Virus record (IMG/VR): IMGVR_UViG_3300022555_000046
Source: a virus
Length of the DNA stretch: 64,000 bases
Direction: 5' to 3' (one strand)
This document shows, piece after piece, positions 33,978 to 43,994 of the stretch. Both the position numbers and the translations under genes were made by a program. Below the pieces are notes generated by a model. That model had not been told where the DNA came from and did no database searches. It saw only the letters and a list, made by a program, of their open reading frames with translations. The stretch's first letter is position 1, and the number at the start of each line of letters is the position of its first letter.

Positions 33978-36473
33978 ATGATTGTAAATATAGCGAATTT
34001 CAAGTCCTCTAATTTCCCCCGGCCATCAGACGAAGTGGACCCTCTATATAAAGAGACTCCTGAATATGGTTTTGATTGGAGTTCGTATATTTACGGTCAG
34101 TATATTGCGGGAAAGGCATTCGTCACGCCTGACGAGCAGGAGTCGATCCAGACAAACCGGGACTATGCCGCTGGAAGACAAGACACGGAAATATACCGTG
34201 ACATGCTGGAACAGCGTCAGGATGGTCCCAGATTCATTGGAGATAAGGAGTACGACTCCTTACTTAACCACAATGAAACAATGATGTCCGTTGATTTTTC
34301 CAGAATATTTTCCCCTATCCCTAAAATCCTCCTTAATATTCAGGGGGTAATTGAAAAAACAGAACATGAGATCAAGGTTGCCGCAATTGACGAAAAGTCT
34401 ACATCCCTGAAGTCGCAACTGAAATGGGAGTCTTATGTTGAGGGGCAGAACAAGCCTATGTTTGACTGGGTCAGGTCCACGCTCGGTCTTCCCGGGCAGG
34501 ACGATAAGTCTCTCCCGCAATCCGTTGAGGAAATGGAGTTAATGGAGAAGATCGGCTCTTTTAAATTAGCATACGAGATTGGTATTAAAGATGCCTTGAC
34601 CGCCACTGCAAATATCTCCAAGAACAAGAAGGTAAAGCGAAGAGTTATCCGTGACTTATTTGAAAATGGGAAAGCCGCTACCTTCTGTTATGAAGACGTT
34701 GGCGGGGTAATAAAATACAAATATATTGACTTCAGTGAGTTGATTATGGAACCCGCTGATGACGAGGATTACTCTCTGTCTAACTGGGGTGGAATTGTTG
34801 AAAACTGGACCATCGCAGACCTAAGATGCAGACTTGACGTCCCTGAGAAAAAACTTGCCGAACTTGCCCGTGCCCAGACGAAGAAAATGGCTGGAATAAA
34901 CTGGAGTACAGAGCGGAAGGATGGAACTTACTATTATGACGATGTTAAAATCCCGGTACTTGTATCTTACTGGAAGAGTGTTGATTCTGATTATGTAACC
35001 AATCACACTGACGGAAGGTCATATAATGAGCCTTGGAAATACTCCAAGTCGAAAGACGGTAAAACAGCCAAGATTTATCCTCCCAGAATGTATAACACGG
35101 AACATCGTGTAACCAGTGTTCATAAGAGAAGGGTTCTTTATAGCACAAAATGGATCATCGGTTCGGATATTGTTTTTGACAATGGAAAAGTAACTGATAT
35201 TCCTTTTGACTTTCACGCCAAGGACGTCCGTCTTCCCTTCGTTATCTACCGCATCCCCGGCATCCCGCTGGTTGAACTGATGATTCCTATTGCCGACCAG
35301 ATTCAATTAACATACCTTGAACTTCAGAACGCCCGGGCGAAGGCCGCTCCCAGTGGGCTAAAGATTGAACTGAGTTCTATTGAAAACCTGAAGGTCGGGA
35401 AAAAGACCCTGCATCCGCTGGATGTAATCAAGATACGAACCCAGACAGGTCACATGCTTTATCGACTGGCTCCTCCACAGATGGGAAATCCGATTGGGAT
35501 TCAAAATCCTATTGAGGAACTTCTTGGAGGTTATGAACCAGCGATTATCAGTGCGGTCAAGGCTCTTGAAATGTTTTATCAGGAACTTGAGCGGGTTACC
35601 GGAATCGCAGACCTTTCCACCGGGAAAAGCCCTACTAACGATCAGGGACTTGGCGTTAGTCAGATTGCGCTCGAAACAACAAATAACACCTTGTCTCCGA
35701 TATACACTGGATGGGTGACCATGAAGGAAAACATGGGAATGTATTGTGCTATAAAAATCCACTCAAAAATATCTGGTGCCACCGGGATAGACTCTCCTTA
35801 TTTTGAGATGCTCGGACCAGCAAAATATAATGCCATCAAGGGTGCCGGGAAATATCCTCCTGTTTATTGGGGGATTGATATTCAGGCCAAGATCGACACT
35901 CTTACAAAGCAAAAAGTTCTTGAGTCAGCACAGGCCGCTCTTTCTGTTGGGAAGGACGGGATTCCAATTCTTACCTACTCTGAATATCTGTTTATTGTTG
36001 ATAAACTTCAGGAAGGCGCAAATGTTGCGGATATCAGGGCATTCATCGCCTACAAAGAACAGAAAGCAAACGAACTGGGGGCACAGAGGGCACAGGCGTC
36101 ACAGGCTCAACTTCAACAGGGTCAGGCCGCAAATGACAAGGCAAAAAGTGATGCCCAGATTCAGCTTGAAACAACTTTGTCTTCTTTAAGGATAAAAGAA
36201 AAAGAGGCAGAGGCTATTATTCAGGCCAAGTTGCTCGCCCTTGAATATGCACTTAAGGAGAGGTTGCAGACCAATCAAATCAGGACTCAGGCAGATGTAG
36301 ACAACGGGCAACTTCCAAGTGGTCAGCCAAATACGAATGGTCCGGTGAATACCGAAGGACAGCCTCCAGCAATGCCGGGAGGTATGCCCCCGGGGGCTAA
36401 CGCTCCTGTATCTGGACCAATTGTACCGCCCTCACCACAGGCGTCTCGACCGATGGCCCAACCAGTTCAATAA
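33978..36473 (+). CDS. Portal protein (crAss-like)
   Basis: 831 aa; RDYAAGRQD..Y, PIPKI, ARAKAAPSG, GV..LA...TNN patterns; between TerL and capsid genes. Confidence 0.8.
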   Translation: MIVNIANFKSSNFPRPSDEVDPLYKETPEYGFDWSSYIYGQYIAGKAFVTPDEQESIQTNRDYAAGRQDTEIYRDMLEQRQDGPRFIGDKEYDSLLNHNETMMSVDFSRIFSPIPKILLNIQGVIEKTEHEIKVAAIDEKSTSLKSQLKWESYVEGQNKPMFDWVRSTLGLPGQDDKSLPQSVEEMELMEKIGSFKLAYEIGIKDALTATANISKNKKVKRRVIRDLFENGKAATFCYEDVGGVIKYKYIDFSELIMEPADDEDYSLSNWGGIVENWTIADLRCRLDVPEKKLAELARAQTKKMAGINWSTERKDGTYYYDDVKIPVLVSYWKSVDSDYVTNHTDGRSYNEPWKYSKSKDGKTAKIYPPRMYNTEHRVTSVHKRRVLYSTKWIIGSDIVFDNGKVTDIPFDFHAKDVRLPFVIYRIPGIPLVELMIPIADQIQLTYLELQNARAKAAPSGLKIELSSIENLKVGKKTLHPLDVIKIRTQTGHMLYRLAPPQMGNPIGIQNPIEELLGGYEPAIISAVKALEMFYQELERVTGIADLSTGKSPTNDQGLGVSQIALETTNNTLSPIYTGWVTMKENMGMYCAIKIHSKISGATGIDSPYFEMLGPAKYNAIKGAGKYPPVYWGIDIQAKIDTLTKQKVLESAQAALSVGKDGIPILTYSEYLFIVDKLQEGANVADIRAFIAYKEQKANELGAQRAQASQAQLQQGQAANDKAKSDAQIQLETTLSSLRIKEKEAEAIIQAKLLALEYALKERLQTNQIRTQADVDNGQLPSGQPNTNGPVNTEGQPPAMPGGMPPGANAPVSGPIVPPSPQASRPMAQPVQ

Positions 36474-36500
36474 AAACTTTAAGTAAAATAATATAAGTAC

Positions 36501-36532
36501 TTGACATTGGTGTAATAATAAACGTAAATTTG
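36501..36532 (+). promoter_or_regulatory. Capsid operon promoter
   Basis: TTGACA-N18-TAAATTTG. Confidence 0.75.
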
Positions 36533-36567
36533 AACCCGAGTAATTTTTAACTTAAATTAATTAACAA

Positions 36568-37665
36568 ATGGCAAACGAAGGAGCAACCGGACCTGATGGA
36601 AAGAAGAACGCTACCATAAGGTTTGAAACTCATTCTTCTCTGGAGAAGGATCAGTATTTCAAGGGGAAACACCCCTCTCAGCAAAAGACAGATGAACCTC
36701 CCGGGGGACCTGCGGGAGCAACGGCACCTGCCGACCAGAAAAAACCGGAACCTACCGGACCTGCCGGGGCAACCGGACCAAAGACACCTGAAGACCTTAT
36801 GCTTGGAAAGGTCGGGGAACCGGACTGGAAAGCAAAGGCACTCTCTCTTGAAGAGCAGTTAAAAGCATTAAACGAAAAGGGTCCAGCAAACCCCCAGATC
36901 ACCAATCCAAAGTTGTACAAGTTGCAGGTTATCGAATCCCAGACTCCTGAAGAGGCACCGCTATTTCACAAAATTGCCTACGGTACGGCAACGTCCGAAG
37001 AGTTGTGGAAAGCAGGTTTTCTCCGTGATCATCCGCAGTATAAGGAAAAACCGGAGGACGTCCAGATGTATCTTGAGCGTAAACACCCACTGTTATTTGG
37101 GGATGACGTTGATACATCCACCAAGGAGTACCAGTTCGCAAAAATGGATTTCGACTTAGAGGCAGACAGAGTGAGGCAATCACTCCAGAATCGCTTTGAC
37201 GAAATCAAGCTCCCCGAGGCAAGTTATGCCAAGGAGGATAGCGCACAGGAAACGAACGCACTTGCTACGGCATGGCAACCTGAGTTTGCTAAGATCAAGA
37301 CTGGATTTGAAAAACTTTCAATCAGCGTACCTACCACAGACAAGGAGGTTGAGTTGGTTGAGGTTGAGATTCCTGTTGAAGATCAGCAGAAGTATCTTCG
37401 TGCTGGCGCATTGATGGTTCTGAGTGAAAAATTACCTGCCGGGGCTGAAAGCCTTGAACGGGTACAGAAGTACATTCAGAAACAATACATTGCTGACCAT
37501 CACATCGAACTCATGCAAAAGGCAATGAAACAGTCTGCTGCCAAAATGGAGAAGTTGATGTTGGACAAAACAACCAACCCGAATCGGATTAAAACCCCTG
37601 CTGGATCGAATGACGGGGACAGCAATCCGATGGAGGCATTTATTAAAAAAGTTACTAAATCTTAA
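36568..37665 (+). CDS. Putative scaffolding protein
   Basis: Acidic, helical, directly upstream of capsid gene; GPAGAT repeats. Confidence 0.6.
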   Translation: MANEGATGPDGKKNATIRFETHSSLEKDQYFKGKHPSQQKTDEPPGGPAGATAPADQKKPEPTGPAGATGPKTPEDLMLGKVGEPDWKAKALSLEEQLKALNEKGPANPQITNPKLYKLQVIESQTPEEAPLFHKIAYGTATSEELWKAGFLRDHPQYKEKPEDVQMYLERKHPLLFGDDVDTSTKEYQFAKMDFDLEADRVRQSLQNRFDEIKLPEASYAKEDSAQETNALATAWQPEFAKIKTGFEKLSISVPTTDKEVELVEVEIPVEDQQKYLRAGALMVLSEKLPAGAESLERVQKYIQKQYIADHHIELMQKAMKQSAAKMEKLMLDKTTNPNRIKTPAGSNDGDSNPMEAFIKKVTKS

Positions 37666-37670
37666 AGCAA

Positions 37671-39074
37671 ATGGCTAAAACCGATGCGAACAGTTACCCG
37701 GGAGCCGGGATTAAAACTGAAGAGGTAGTATCCTTCATGGATTACTTGGAGCCTCAATATTGGAATCAGGTTGGTGCCCGTTATGGGTATCAGTTTGACG
37801 GAATCTATCAAATCCTCCGTGCCCTTGGCCGGGAAACCCCTGTTGCCGCTGATGAGTGGTATGCATACGAGGAAAACCGCTACCAGCGTTCAATCACTGT
37901 TGGCGATGTTGACACCGCTGCCCCGGGCGCAGGTGGAACTGTTATTGTCACCTTACACGCTGACGATCACGAAAACAACGGCAAAGTATCCTTCCCCCGT
38001 CAGGGAGAAATGGTCTTGACCGCTACCGAAATCCCCTGCTGGATTATTCTTAAAGAAACCGTTGGCCGTGATAACGCACACCGAATCACGATTAAACCCT
38101 TCGATTCAAGTGATGATCTCGGTGACCTGCATTCACAGAAGTTGATTATATTCTCCGGTGCAAAAGCCGCTGGTACTGGTCAGCCTGACGGAACCTATGT
38201 CGGAAAGACAAGGCGTAAATTTGTTGCTCAGATTCTGCCCGAGTCAATCGGTCAGGAAGGAACTCAGTTTGTTAACACCGAATGGGTTCAGGCAATTGAT
38301 GACGGTCGTGATTTTAACGGCTGGTACAACCCCGGCCTGATGATGGCTGAATATCGTCTTAATCGCAAGATTGACGGAGCCTTCACATGGGGTAAGGAAA
38401 ACACGAATAACATCACTCAGACCACTTCCCGTGGTTCTGTTAACTTGGTTAAGACAACCAAAGGTGTTGTTCCTTGGATCACCGAACTTGGCAAGGAGAT
38501 GACTGTCACCCCGGGTGCCTTTAACATCGCTGACCTTGACGAAATCACCCTTTATCAGAAACAGCAGGGTGTTACCTCGAATGTTGGGATCATCTTTGAA
38601 GGTCCTGAAATCGCCATTGATATCCGTAACGCCACCAAAGACTATGTTGATGGAAACGGAACGGATTACACTACCATCGTCAACCAGTATTTTCAGGGTG
38701 ACGTACAACGTGCCATGAGCATCAACTTCAAGACTATTGGTCTGGGAGACATGGTGTACATCCGCAAGGAGGTCCCGGCATGGAGTGATCCTACTGCTTA
38801 TGCGGAAACCGGATTCGGCATGCCGAAATACGCTATTGTAATGGCCTTGGAAACCTATAAGGACCCTGAGACCAGTGAATTGATGCCTAACATCGGATCA
38901 CGCTACCGTGCCCTTGGCAGTTACAGCCGCAGGATGGAAGTATGGCAGGACGGTGCGGCAGGTGGAAATCCTTCAGGATACATCGGTGATGTTGACGAGA
39001 AGATGCTATTCCTCCGTGCCCACGTTGGCTTACAGGCGTTGAAGATGAATCGTGCGGTCATTATGAGGCCGTGA
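37671..39074 (+). CDS. Major capsid protein (crAss-like)
   Basis: 467 aa after scaffold, followed by strong terminator; TTKGVVPWI..G pattern. Confidence 0.8.
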   Translation: MAKTDANSYPGAGIKTEEVVSFMDYLEPQYWNQVGARYGYQFDGIYQILRALGRETPVAADEWYAYEENRYQRSITVGDVDTAAPGAGGTVIVTLHADDHENNGKVSFPRQGEMVLTATEIPCWIILKETVGRDNAHRITIKPFDSSDDLGDLHSQKLIIFSGAKAAGTGQPDGTYVGKTRRKFVAQILPESIGQEGTQFVNTEWVQAIDDGRDFNGWYNPGLMMAEYRLNRKIDGAFTWGKENTNNITQTTSRGSVNLVKTTKGVVPWITELGKEMTVTPGAFNIADLDEITLYQKQQGVTSNVGIIFEGPEIAIDIRNATKDYVDGNGTDYTTIVNQYFQGDVQRAMSINFKTIGLGDMVYIRKEVPAWSDPTAYAETGFGMPKYAIVMALETYKDPETSELMPNIGSRYRALGSYSRRMEVWQDGAAGGNPSGYIGDVDEKMLFLRAHVGLQALKMNRAVIMRP

Positions 39075-39089
39075 TAAGATTGCTGAAAC

Positions 39090-39121
39090 GGGAACTGCCT
39101 TCGGGCGGTTCCCTTTCTTTT
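39090..39121 (+). terminator. Intrinsic terminator after capsid gene
   Basis: GGGAACTGCC-TTCG-GGCGGTTCCC-TTTCTTTT. Confidence 0.85.
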
Positions 39122-39158
39122 AATTAACTGGAGAAGAACAACTTTAAAGAACGAACAT

Positions 39159-40115
39159 ATGTTAGTATCAGACGGAAAAAAATTAGACAAAGCCGACAAA
39201 TCGAATTCAGTTGTTAAGTTCTACAACGACTGCATGGAGGCATTAAAGACAGTCAGGGATGACAATAAAATCATCTTTGAGGCACCTGCCAGAAAAGTAA
39301 CCATTAATCAGGAGGGAAAACGTGAGAATTCCGCAGGTGGATGGGCTTTATACCGGGAGAAATTGATCTTCGGAAAAGAAGAGCATGACATTCAATATTA
39401 CGAAACATCGTTCCCTGACGCCAAAACAGGGGCAGAAACATTCAGGCCAAGACGATACAGCTTTAACGGAGCCATTGATCCGCTGCTTGTCGATCAGGAC
39501 CCAGACAAGGTATTTTTCCTGATCTTCGTTTCCCGGCACTGTGAAATCATGCCAGAACTGGAGGCTTTCCAGAATAAGCTGAAGAGGGACAACCGGAATA
39601 TCTACTGGAGAGTCCAGAATAAAAAGGCCGAATCTCGTGTTAAGGTTGATTTCAAACGTAAACTTCTGGCCGTTGAAAACGCCATTTACGAAGAAAACGG
39701 CCTTTCAATGGACGTACTTCGTGTCATTGCCAAGAACTTCCAGATCGGGAGTGTTGACAGGCTTGACCCAAATCAGTTAAGGGATGCCCTTGCTGAAAAC
39801 GTGCTTGCCACAAACGCCAACGGAAGGTATGACCTTAAGAAAATTGAGGCATTCCTCGACCTGCTCCCGGCAAAAGGGGAGAAAAAAATAAGCGATACCG
39901 CAAAGATCGTTGCCTTGGTTTCCGATCTTGAGGCGCACAATATCCTTGTGAACAAAAAGATTGCCGGGAATAAGGCGGCATGGTTCTTAGGTGACCAGCA
40001 ACTGGTGGTCCATTCTCCATCAAAGAAGAAGGAGGACGCCCTCGTTGACTACCTTACGTTAAATCCTGAAGAGAGAGAAATGCTTGAACAAAAAGTCGTG
40101 GAATTAACCATCTAA
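39159..40115 (+). CDS. Hypothetical protein downstream of capsid gene
   Basis: 318-aa ORF in structural module. Confidence 0.65.
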   Translation: MLVSDGKKLDKADKSNSVVKFYNDCMEALKTVRDDNKIIFEAPARKVTINQEGKRENSAGGWALYREKLIFGKEEHDIQYYETSFPDAKTGAETFRPRRYSFNGAIDPLLVDQDPDKVFFLIFVSRHCEIMPELEAFQNKLKRDNRNIYWRVQNKKAESRVKVDFKRKLLAVENAIYEENGLSMDVLRVIAKNFQIGSVDRLDPNQLRDALAENVLATNANGRYDLKKIEAFLDLLPAKGEKKISDTAKIVALVSDLEAHNILVNKKIAGNKAAWFLGDQQLVVHSPSKKKEDALVDYLTLNPEEREMLEQKVVELTI

Positions 40116-40125
40116 AAGAAATAAA

Positions 40126-41823
40126 ATGTCGGTTCCAGCACAATTTATCCCATTGAGATATGGGCTGATCATTAACCTTGATACCAAGGCCATCACCTTC
40201 GAGGACATGCTTAAGACAAAATACCTGTCTGTCTATGGCGTTGCCATCTCGGATGTGAAGGGGCTTATCAAGATTTCCCATCCGTCTTCCGGTACTACCA
40301 TGTACAAGAATTCAGGGTGGAATGCCGATGATTACACCTTTCCTGACATTGACGGATCGAACCCTAACTGGACGTTTGCCAACGGTATAGATCATATCCG
40401 TATGCCTCTTGGAACGGATGGAAAACCACTGCACGGGACCATTCTTGTTGAATACAAGGTCCAGACCGGAGTGTACGTAAACACGTCATCCAAGGAGTAT
40501 AATTACCAGTTTGTTCAGCCAGTCATGTCTATTAACATGGATGTGAATTGCGAGTCAGCCGTTCTGGTAAGTGAGTACGCTACGGTTCTTGTTGTTGGAG
40601 GGGTTATTCCGATATCCATTCTTTCACACAAGGTTGTCCCCCCTGATGGGGCGGTCTGTGTTGATCCCGGTACAACGGATGACACTATCCGCTATATCGG
40701 AGGCGATCTCTTTGATCCCGCTAAGCAAATCTGGAGAGGGGAATACCAGACCACTATCGCCAATCAACTTACCTACAACATGGAAAAGTGGGATTCCTAC
40801 AACTGGATTGTGATTACCTGCATTCTTCAGGGGTATGAGCATCTGGAAGTGACCTGCAAGGACTGTGGTTGTGTGATGATCAAGTGCATACAAAACCTTC
40901 AAAGACTATGGGAGGAATCTATTGGTGTTGATCCGGTTCGTGAACATGTGTTGCACAATAAGGTAACTATGGTTCTGAACGCATGGATCGACTATCAGGA
41001 TGCTATTTCCTGTGGAAACGATCCTTCCAAGTTCTGTGAAATAATTTCCAAGGTTGTTCAGGGCGAAGCCTGTCAGTGTCTGGAAGACGATGATTCTATT
41101 CCTACCCCGGTTCAGCCTCATGGAGGAAGTTCAAACAGGGGTGCCACAGGTCCGACAGGACCCTCACAGGGACCAACCGGACCGACTGGACCGACTGGAC
41201 TTACCGGAGTCGCTGGACCCACGGGGAACTCTATAACAGGTCCAAGGGGACCAACAGGACCTCGTGGACCAACCGGAAGAACCAAGACCGGACCAACCGG
41301 ACCACGTCCCGATCCCATAGAAGGACCGACAGGACCCCCGGGTGTAACTGGAGTGGAGATATTTAACGGGAACGGAGTTCCTTCTGATCTGGTTGGCAGA
41401 AATAAGGATTATTACATCAGGAAGGATGTTCGCAGTATCTACTACAAGGCTGGTGGCGTGTGGCAACTTACAACAACACTGGTTGGACCAACCGGACCTA
41501 CTGGAAGGACCGTAACCGGACCTGCTGGAATAGGAGCGGCAGGTCCTACTGGAGTAGGGTTAAGAGGTGCCACTGGACCTTCTGTAACTGGACCAAGGGG
41601 ACCGACCGGACTTCGTGGACCAACTGGAAGAACTAAGACCGGACCAACCGGAGGAAGAGGGACCACAGGAGCAGTTGCCGTTACAAGATCGACCCGTGCC
41701 CCGATATTCGGAGACACTCCTCCGTGTTTCGGAGCCATGTGGATAGACACGGCTAATAGAAATATCTATGTTGCAATCGACACCTCTGGATATTCAGATT
41801 ACAAACTTGTGAAAAACTATTAA
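40126..41823 (+). CDS. Collagen-like fibre protein
   Basis: G-P-T triplet tracts (~41130-41665) interrupted by IFNGNGVP..G..DYYI..W; Cys-rich N-terminal region. Confidence 0.75.
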   Translation: MSVPAQFIPLRYGLIINLDTKAITFEDMLKTKYLSVYGVAISDVKGLIKISHPSSGTTMYKNSGWNADDYTFPDIDGSNPNWTFANGIDHIRMPLGTDGKPLHGTILVEYKVQTGVYVNTSSKEYNYQFVQPVMSINMDVNCESAVLVSEYATVLVVGGVIPISILSHKVVPPDGAVCVDPGTTDDTIRYIGGDLFDPAKQIWRGEYQTTIANQLTYNMEKWDSYNWIVITCILQGYEHLEVTCKDCGCVMIKCIQNLQRLWEESIGVDPVREHVLHNKVTMVLNAWIDYQDAISCGNDPSKFCEIISKVVQGEACQCLEDDDSIPTPVQPHGGSSNRGATGPTGPSQGPTGPTGPTGLTGVAGPTGNSITGPRGPTGPRGPTGRTKTGPTGPRPDPIEGPTGPPGVTGVEIFNGNGVPSDLVGRNKDYYIRKDVRSIYYKAGGVWQLTTTLVGPTGPTGRTVTGPAGIGAAGPTGVGLRGATGPSVTGPRGPTGLRGPTGRTKTGPTGGRGTTGAVAVTRSTRAPIFGDTPPCFGAMWIDTANRNIYVAIDTSGYSDYKLVKNY

Positions 41824-41834
41824 AATAAATCAAA

Positions 41835-43220
41835 ATGGCTCTATGGTGCGAAAACGAAAAGCCACTTAAAATAACCTTTGCGAGAAAAGAGATGGGGCTG
41901 GATGTGTATCTTTACCTCCCGGGTCCATCTCTTTCTGTTGTTGATTTCGATGTAAGGACTGAGGGCACAATGGCGTTCGCCATAAATACCGCCTACCCCC
42001 GGGTGAAACCACATATCTGGGTCGGAATGGATAAACCAGAGTGTTATGACCCAAGGTTAATGTACGAGGGATTCCCGAAGATTTTCAGAGGATCGTATTT
42101 CAGGCAGGTATATCGTGGCAAGTCCATCAAGGAATACCCACAAACATACTTTGCAGACTTGGCTAAACCCCAGAAGGGAATTGAAGACATGTTTCTTTTG
42201 AATGGAGACGATGTTACATTTGTTTGGTTTAAGCATACCCTTGCCGTGGTTCTCCATACCATACTCTGGATGGGGGGAAAGAAAATACATTTTGTCGGAT
42301 GTGATCTGGGAGGAAAAAAAGACTATCACGATGACAGGGTTCTTTCCGATGAGCAAAGGGTGTACAATAGGCTGCTGTACGATCAACAGGCAACGTTCTT
42401 GAAAGAATTCACCTCTATTGGAGAAAAATATGGGGTGGAGTGTATTTCATGTACACCGGAATCCCCTATAAATGATTTCATGCCGTACAGGAAGGTCCAT
42501 GAGGCAATATCTGACAGTAAGGCGGTAGTTGGTCCCACTCGGGATGTTAAACACGCTCTGGAGGTAGAAGAAAACGAATTAGAGGAAATAACTGACTCTA
42601 TAAAGTGGAAAGAGCCGATCAGGGAGCGTGGGGTCTTGGTTATGTGCGACAAAAATCAGGAATGGATGCTCGGCTGGTGGTTCGATAACTACATCAGGCA
42701 TAATCATCTTCCTATACAATTCGTTGACATCGGAATGACGGAGGGAGGGGTCAGGTTCTGTAAGGCTCGGGGAAGTTATGTTAAGATGAAGGATGTTCCT
42801 TTAAAGAATTGGTTTAAGAAACCATTTGCCTTGAAGTTATCTCAGTTCAAGAGAACGGTTTACATGGATGTTGATTGCGAGGTACGAGGATCAATATTCC
42901 ATTTGTACAAAAAATACCCAAAAGGATTTGTGATATCAAAAGACCTTTTCACAAAACAGTCTCCCGGCAAAGACCCCGTAAACTCAGGGGTGATAATTTT
43001 TAACCATGCCGACAGTATAATTGACAAGTGGGGAAGTAGTGTTATAAAAAACCATACCATGTACAGGGGAGATCAGGAATGTCTTGATCTTGTAAGGTAC
43101 AATTATGTCGAACTGAGTCCTGTTTATAACTGGACGAGGGTAATGGGAGATAATAGTAATGCATTAATATTCCATTATGTTGGGGCGATAGGAAAAGAAT
43201 TTATAAAAAAACAAATATGA
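41835..43220 (+). CDS. Two-domain glycosyltransferase (Maf/DUF115-like plus GT8-like GT-A)
   Basis: LPGPSL..AIN..WMGGKKIHFVGCD in N-terminal half; KKP..YMDVD..VNSGV..GDQ..YNW..FHYVG in C-terminal half. Confidence 0.7.
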   Translation: MALWCENEKPLKITFARKEMGLDVYLYLPGPSLSVVDFDVRTEGTMAFAINTAYPRVKPHIWVGMDKPECYDPRLMYEGFPKIFRGSYFRQVYRGKSIKEYPQTYFADLAKPQKGIEDMFLLNGDDVTFVWFKHTLAVVLHTILWMGGKKIHFVGCDLGGKKDYHDDRVLSDEQRVYNRLLYDQQATFLKEFTSIGEKYGVECISCTPESPINDFMPYRKVHEAISDSKAVVGPTRDVKHALEVEENELEEITDSIKWKEPIRERGVLVMCDKNQEWMLGWWFDNYIRHNHLPIQFVDIGMTEGGVRFCKARGSYVKMKDVPLKNWFKKPFALKLSQFKRTVYMDVDCEVRGSIFHLYKKYPKGFVISKDLFTKQSPGKDPVNSGVIIFNHADSIIDKWGSSVIKNHTMYRGDQECLDLVRYNYVELSPVYNWTRVMGDNSNALIFHYVGAIGKEFIKKQI

Positions 43221-43222
43221 GG

Positions 43223-43254
43223 TTGACAAGCCTGACTTAATTGTTGTAGATTTG
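43223..43254 (+). promoter_or_regulatory. Tail operon promoter (leaderless)
   Basis: TTGACA-N18-TAGATTTG; ATG 5 nt downstream. Confidence 0.7.
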
Positions 43255-43258
43255 CCAT

Positions 43259-43969
43259 ATGAACCTTAAGGACGTAAATTCTGTTGTTTCGTTTTGGCTC
43301 GGAAAGAAAAAGCCGGGATTCACGCTTACCAAGCCTGAGTTCGAGCGTCTTCTGCATCTTTCCCAGTTGAAACATTTGAAAAGGAAGATAGGACTCCCTG
43401 AAGAATATCAGCCCGGGGCACCCTTGCCGAAACAGGTTTACGAGATATCAAACGTCATTATGGACGATCTGTCTCCGTTTAAGAGAGTTATGGGGGGAGA
43501 TGAGATGGCTCTTGCTATTGACATGGCTGGATACACCAATGTCCCCAAAGATTTTTATTACCCTTCCACCCTCCAGCTTAAGTTGATTAACTCGAAAACA
43601 GGAAAGTTAAGGTATCGCAAGATCAGTATTGTAACTGACAAAGAATGGGCTGACCGTCTCGGTTCTTTTAGCGCAGAACCAAATCGGTATTTCCCGGTTG
43701 CGAACTTTCAGAATAAATTTATTCGTTTTTACCCAAAGGACTTAAGGTCGGCAGACTTTGTTTATATATCAACTCCGGTAAAGCCAGTGTACGGAGTCAC
43801 CTATGGGAGAGGGTTTGCTGAATACGTCCCATCAACATCCACTGAACTGGCGTGGAACGATACAAATATAATTGATATTATGGGGATTCTTCTTGGAGAG
43901 ATTGGGGTAAATATCCCGAACTCGGACCTGATAAATATCTCCGATAAGGCAGAAGTAACAGGAACGTAA
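43259..43969 (+). CDS. Tail ring/adaptor-like protein
   Basis: Paralogous pattern to 46197-46997 (F..L..DL..F..Y..P..P.Y..ELxW..GxN). Confidence 0.6.
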   Translation: MNLKDVNSVVSFWLGKKKPGFTLTKPEFERLLHLSQLKHLKRKIGLPEEYQPGAPLPKQVYEISNVIMDDLSPFKRVMGGDEMALAIDMAGYTNVPKDFYYPSTLQLKLINSKTGKLRYRKISIVTDKEWADRLGSFSAEPNRYFPVANFQNKFIRFYPKDLRSADFVYISTPVKPVYGVTYGRGFAEYVPSTSTELAWNDTNIIDIMGILLGEIGVNIPNSDLINISDKAEVTGT

Positions 43970-43994
43970 TTATTAACCACAAAACCAAAATCAA

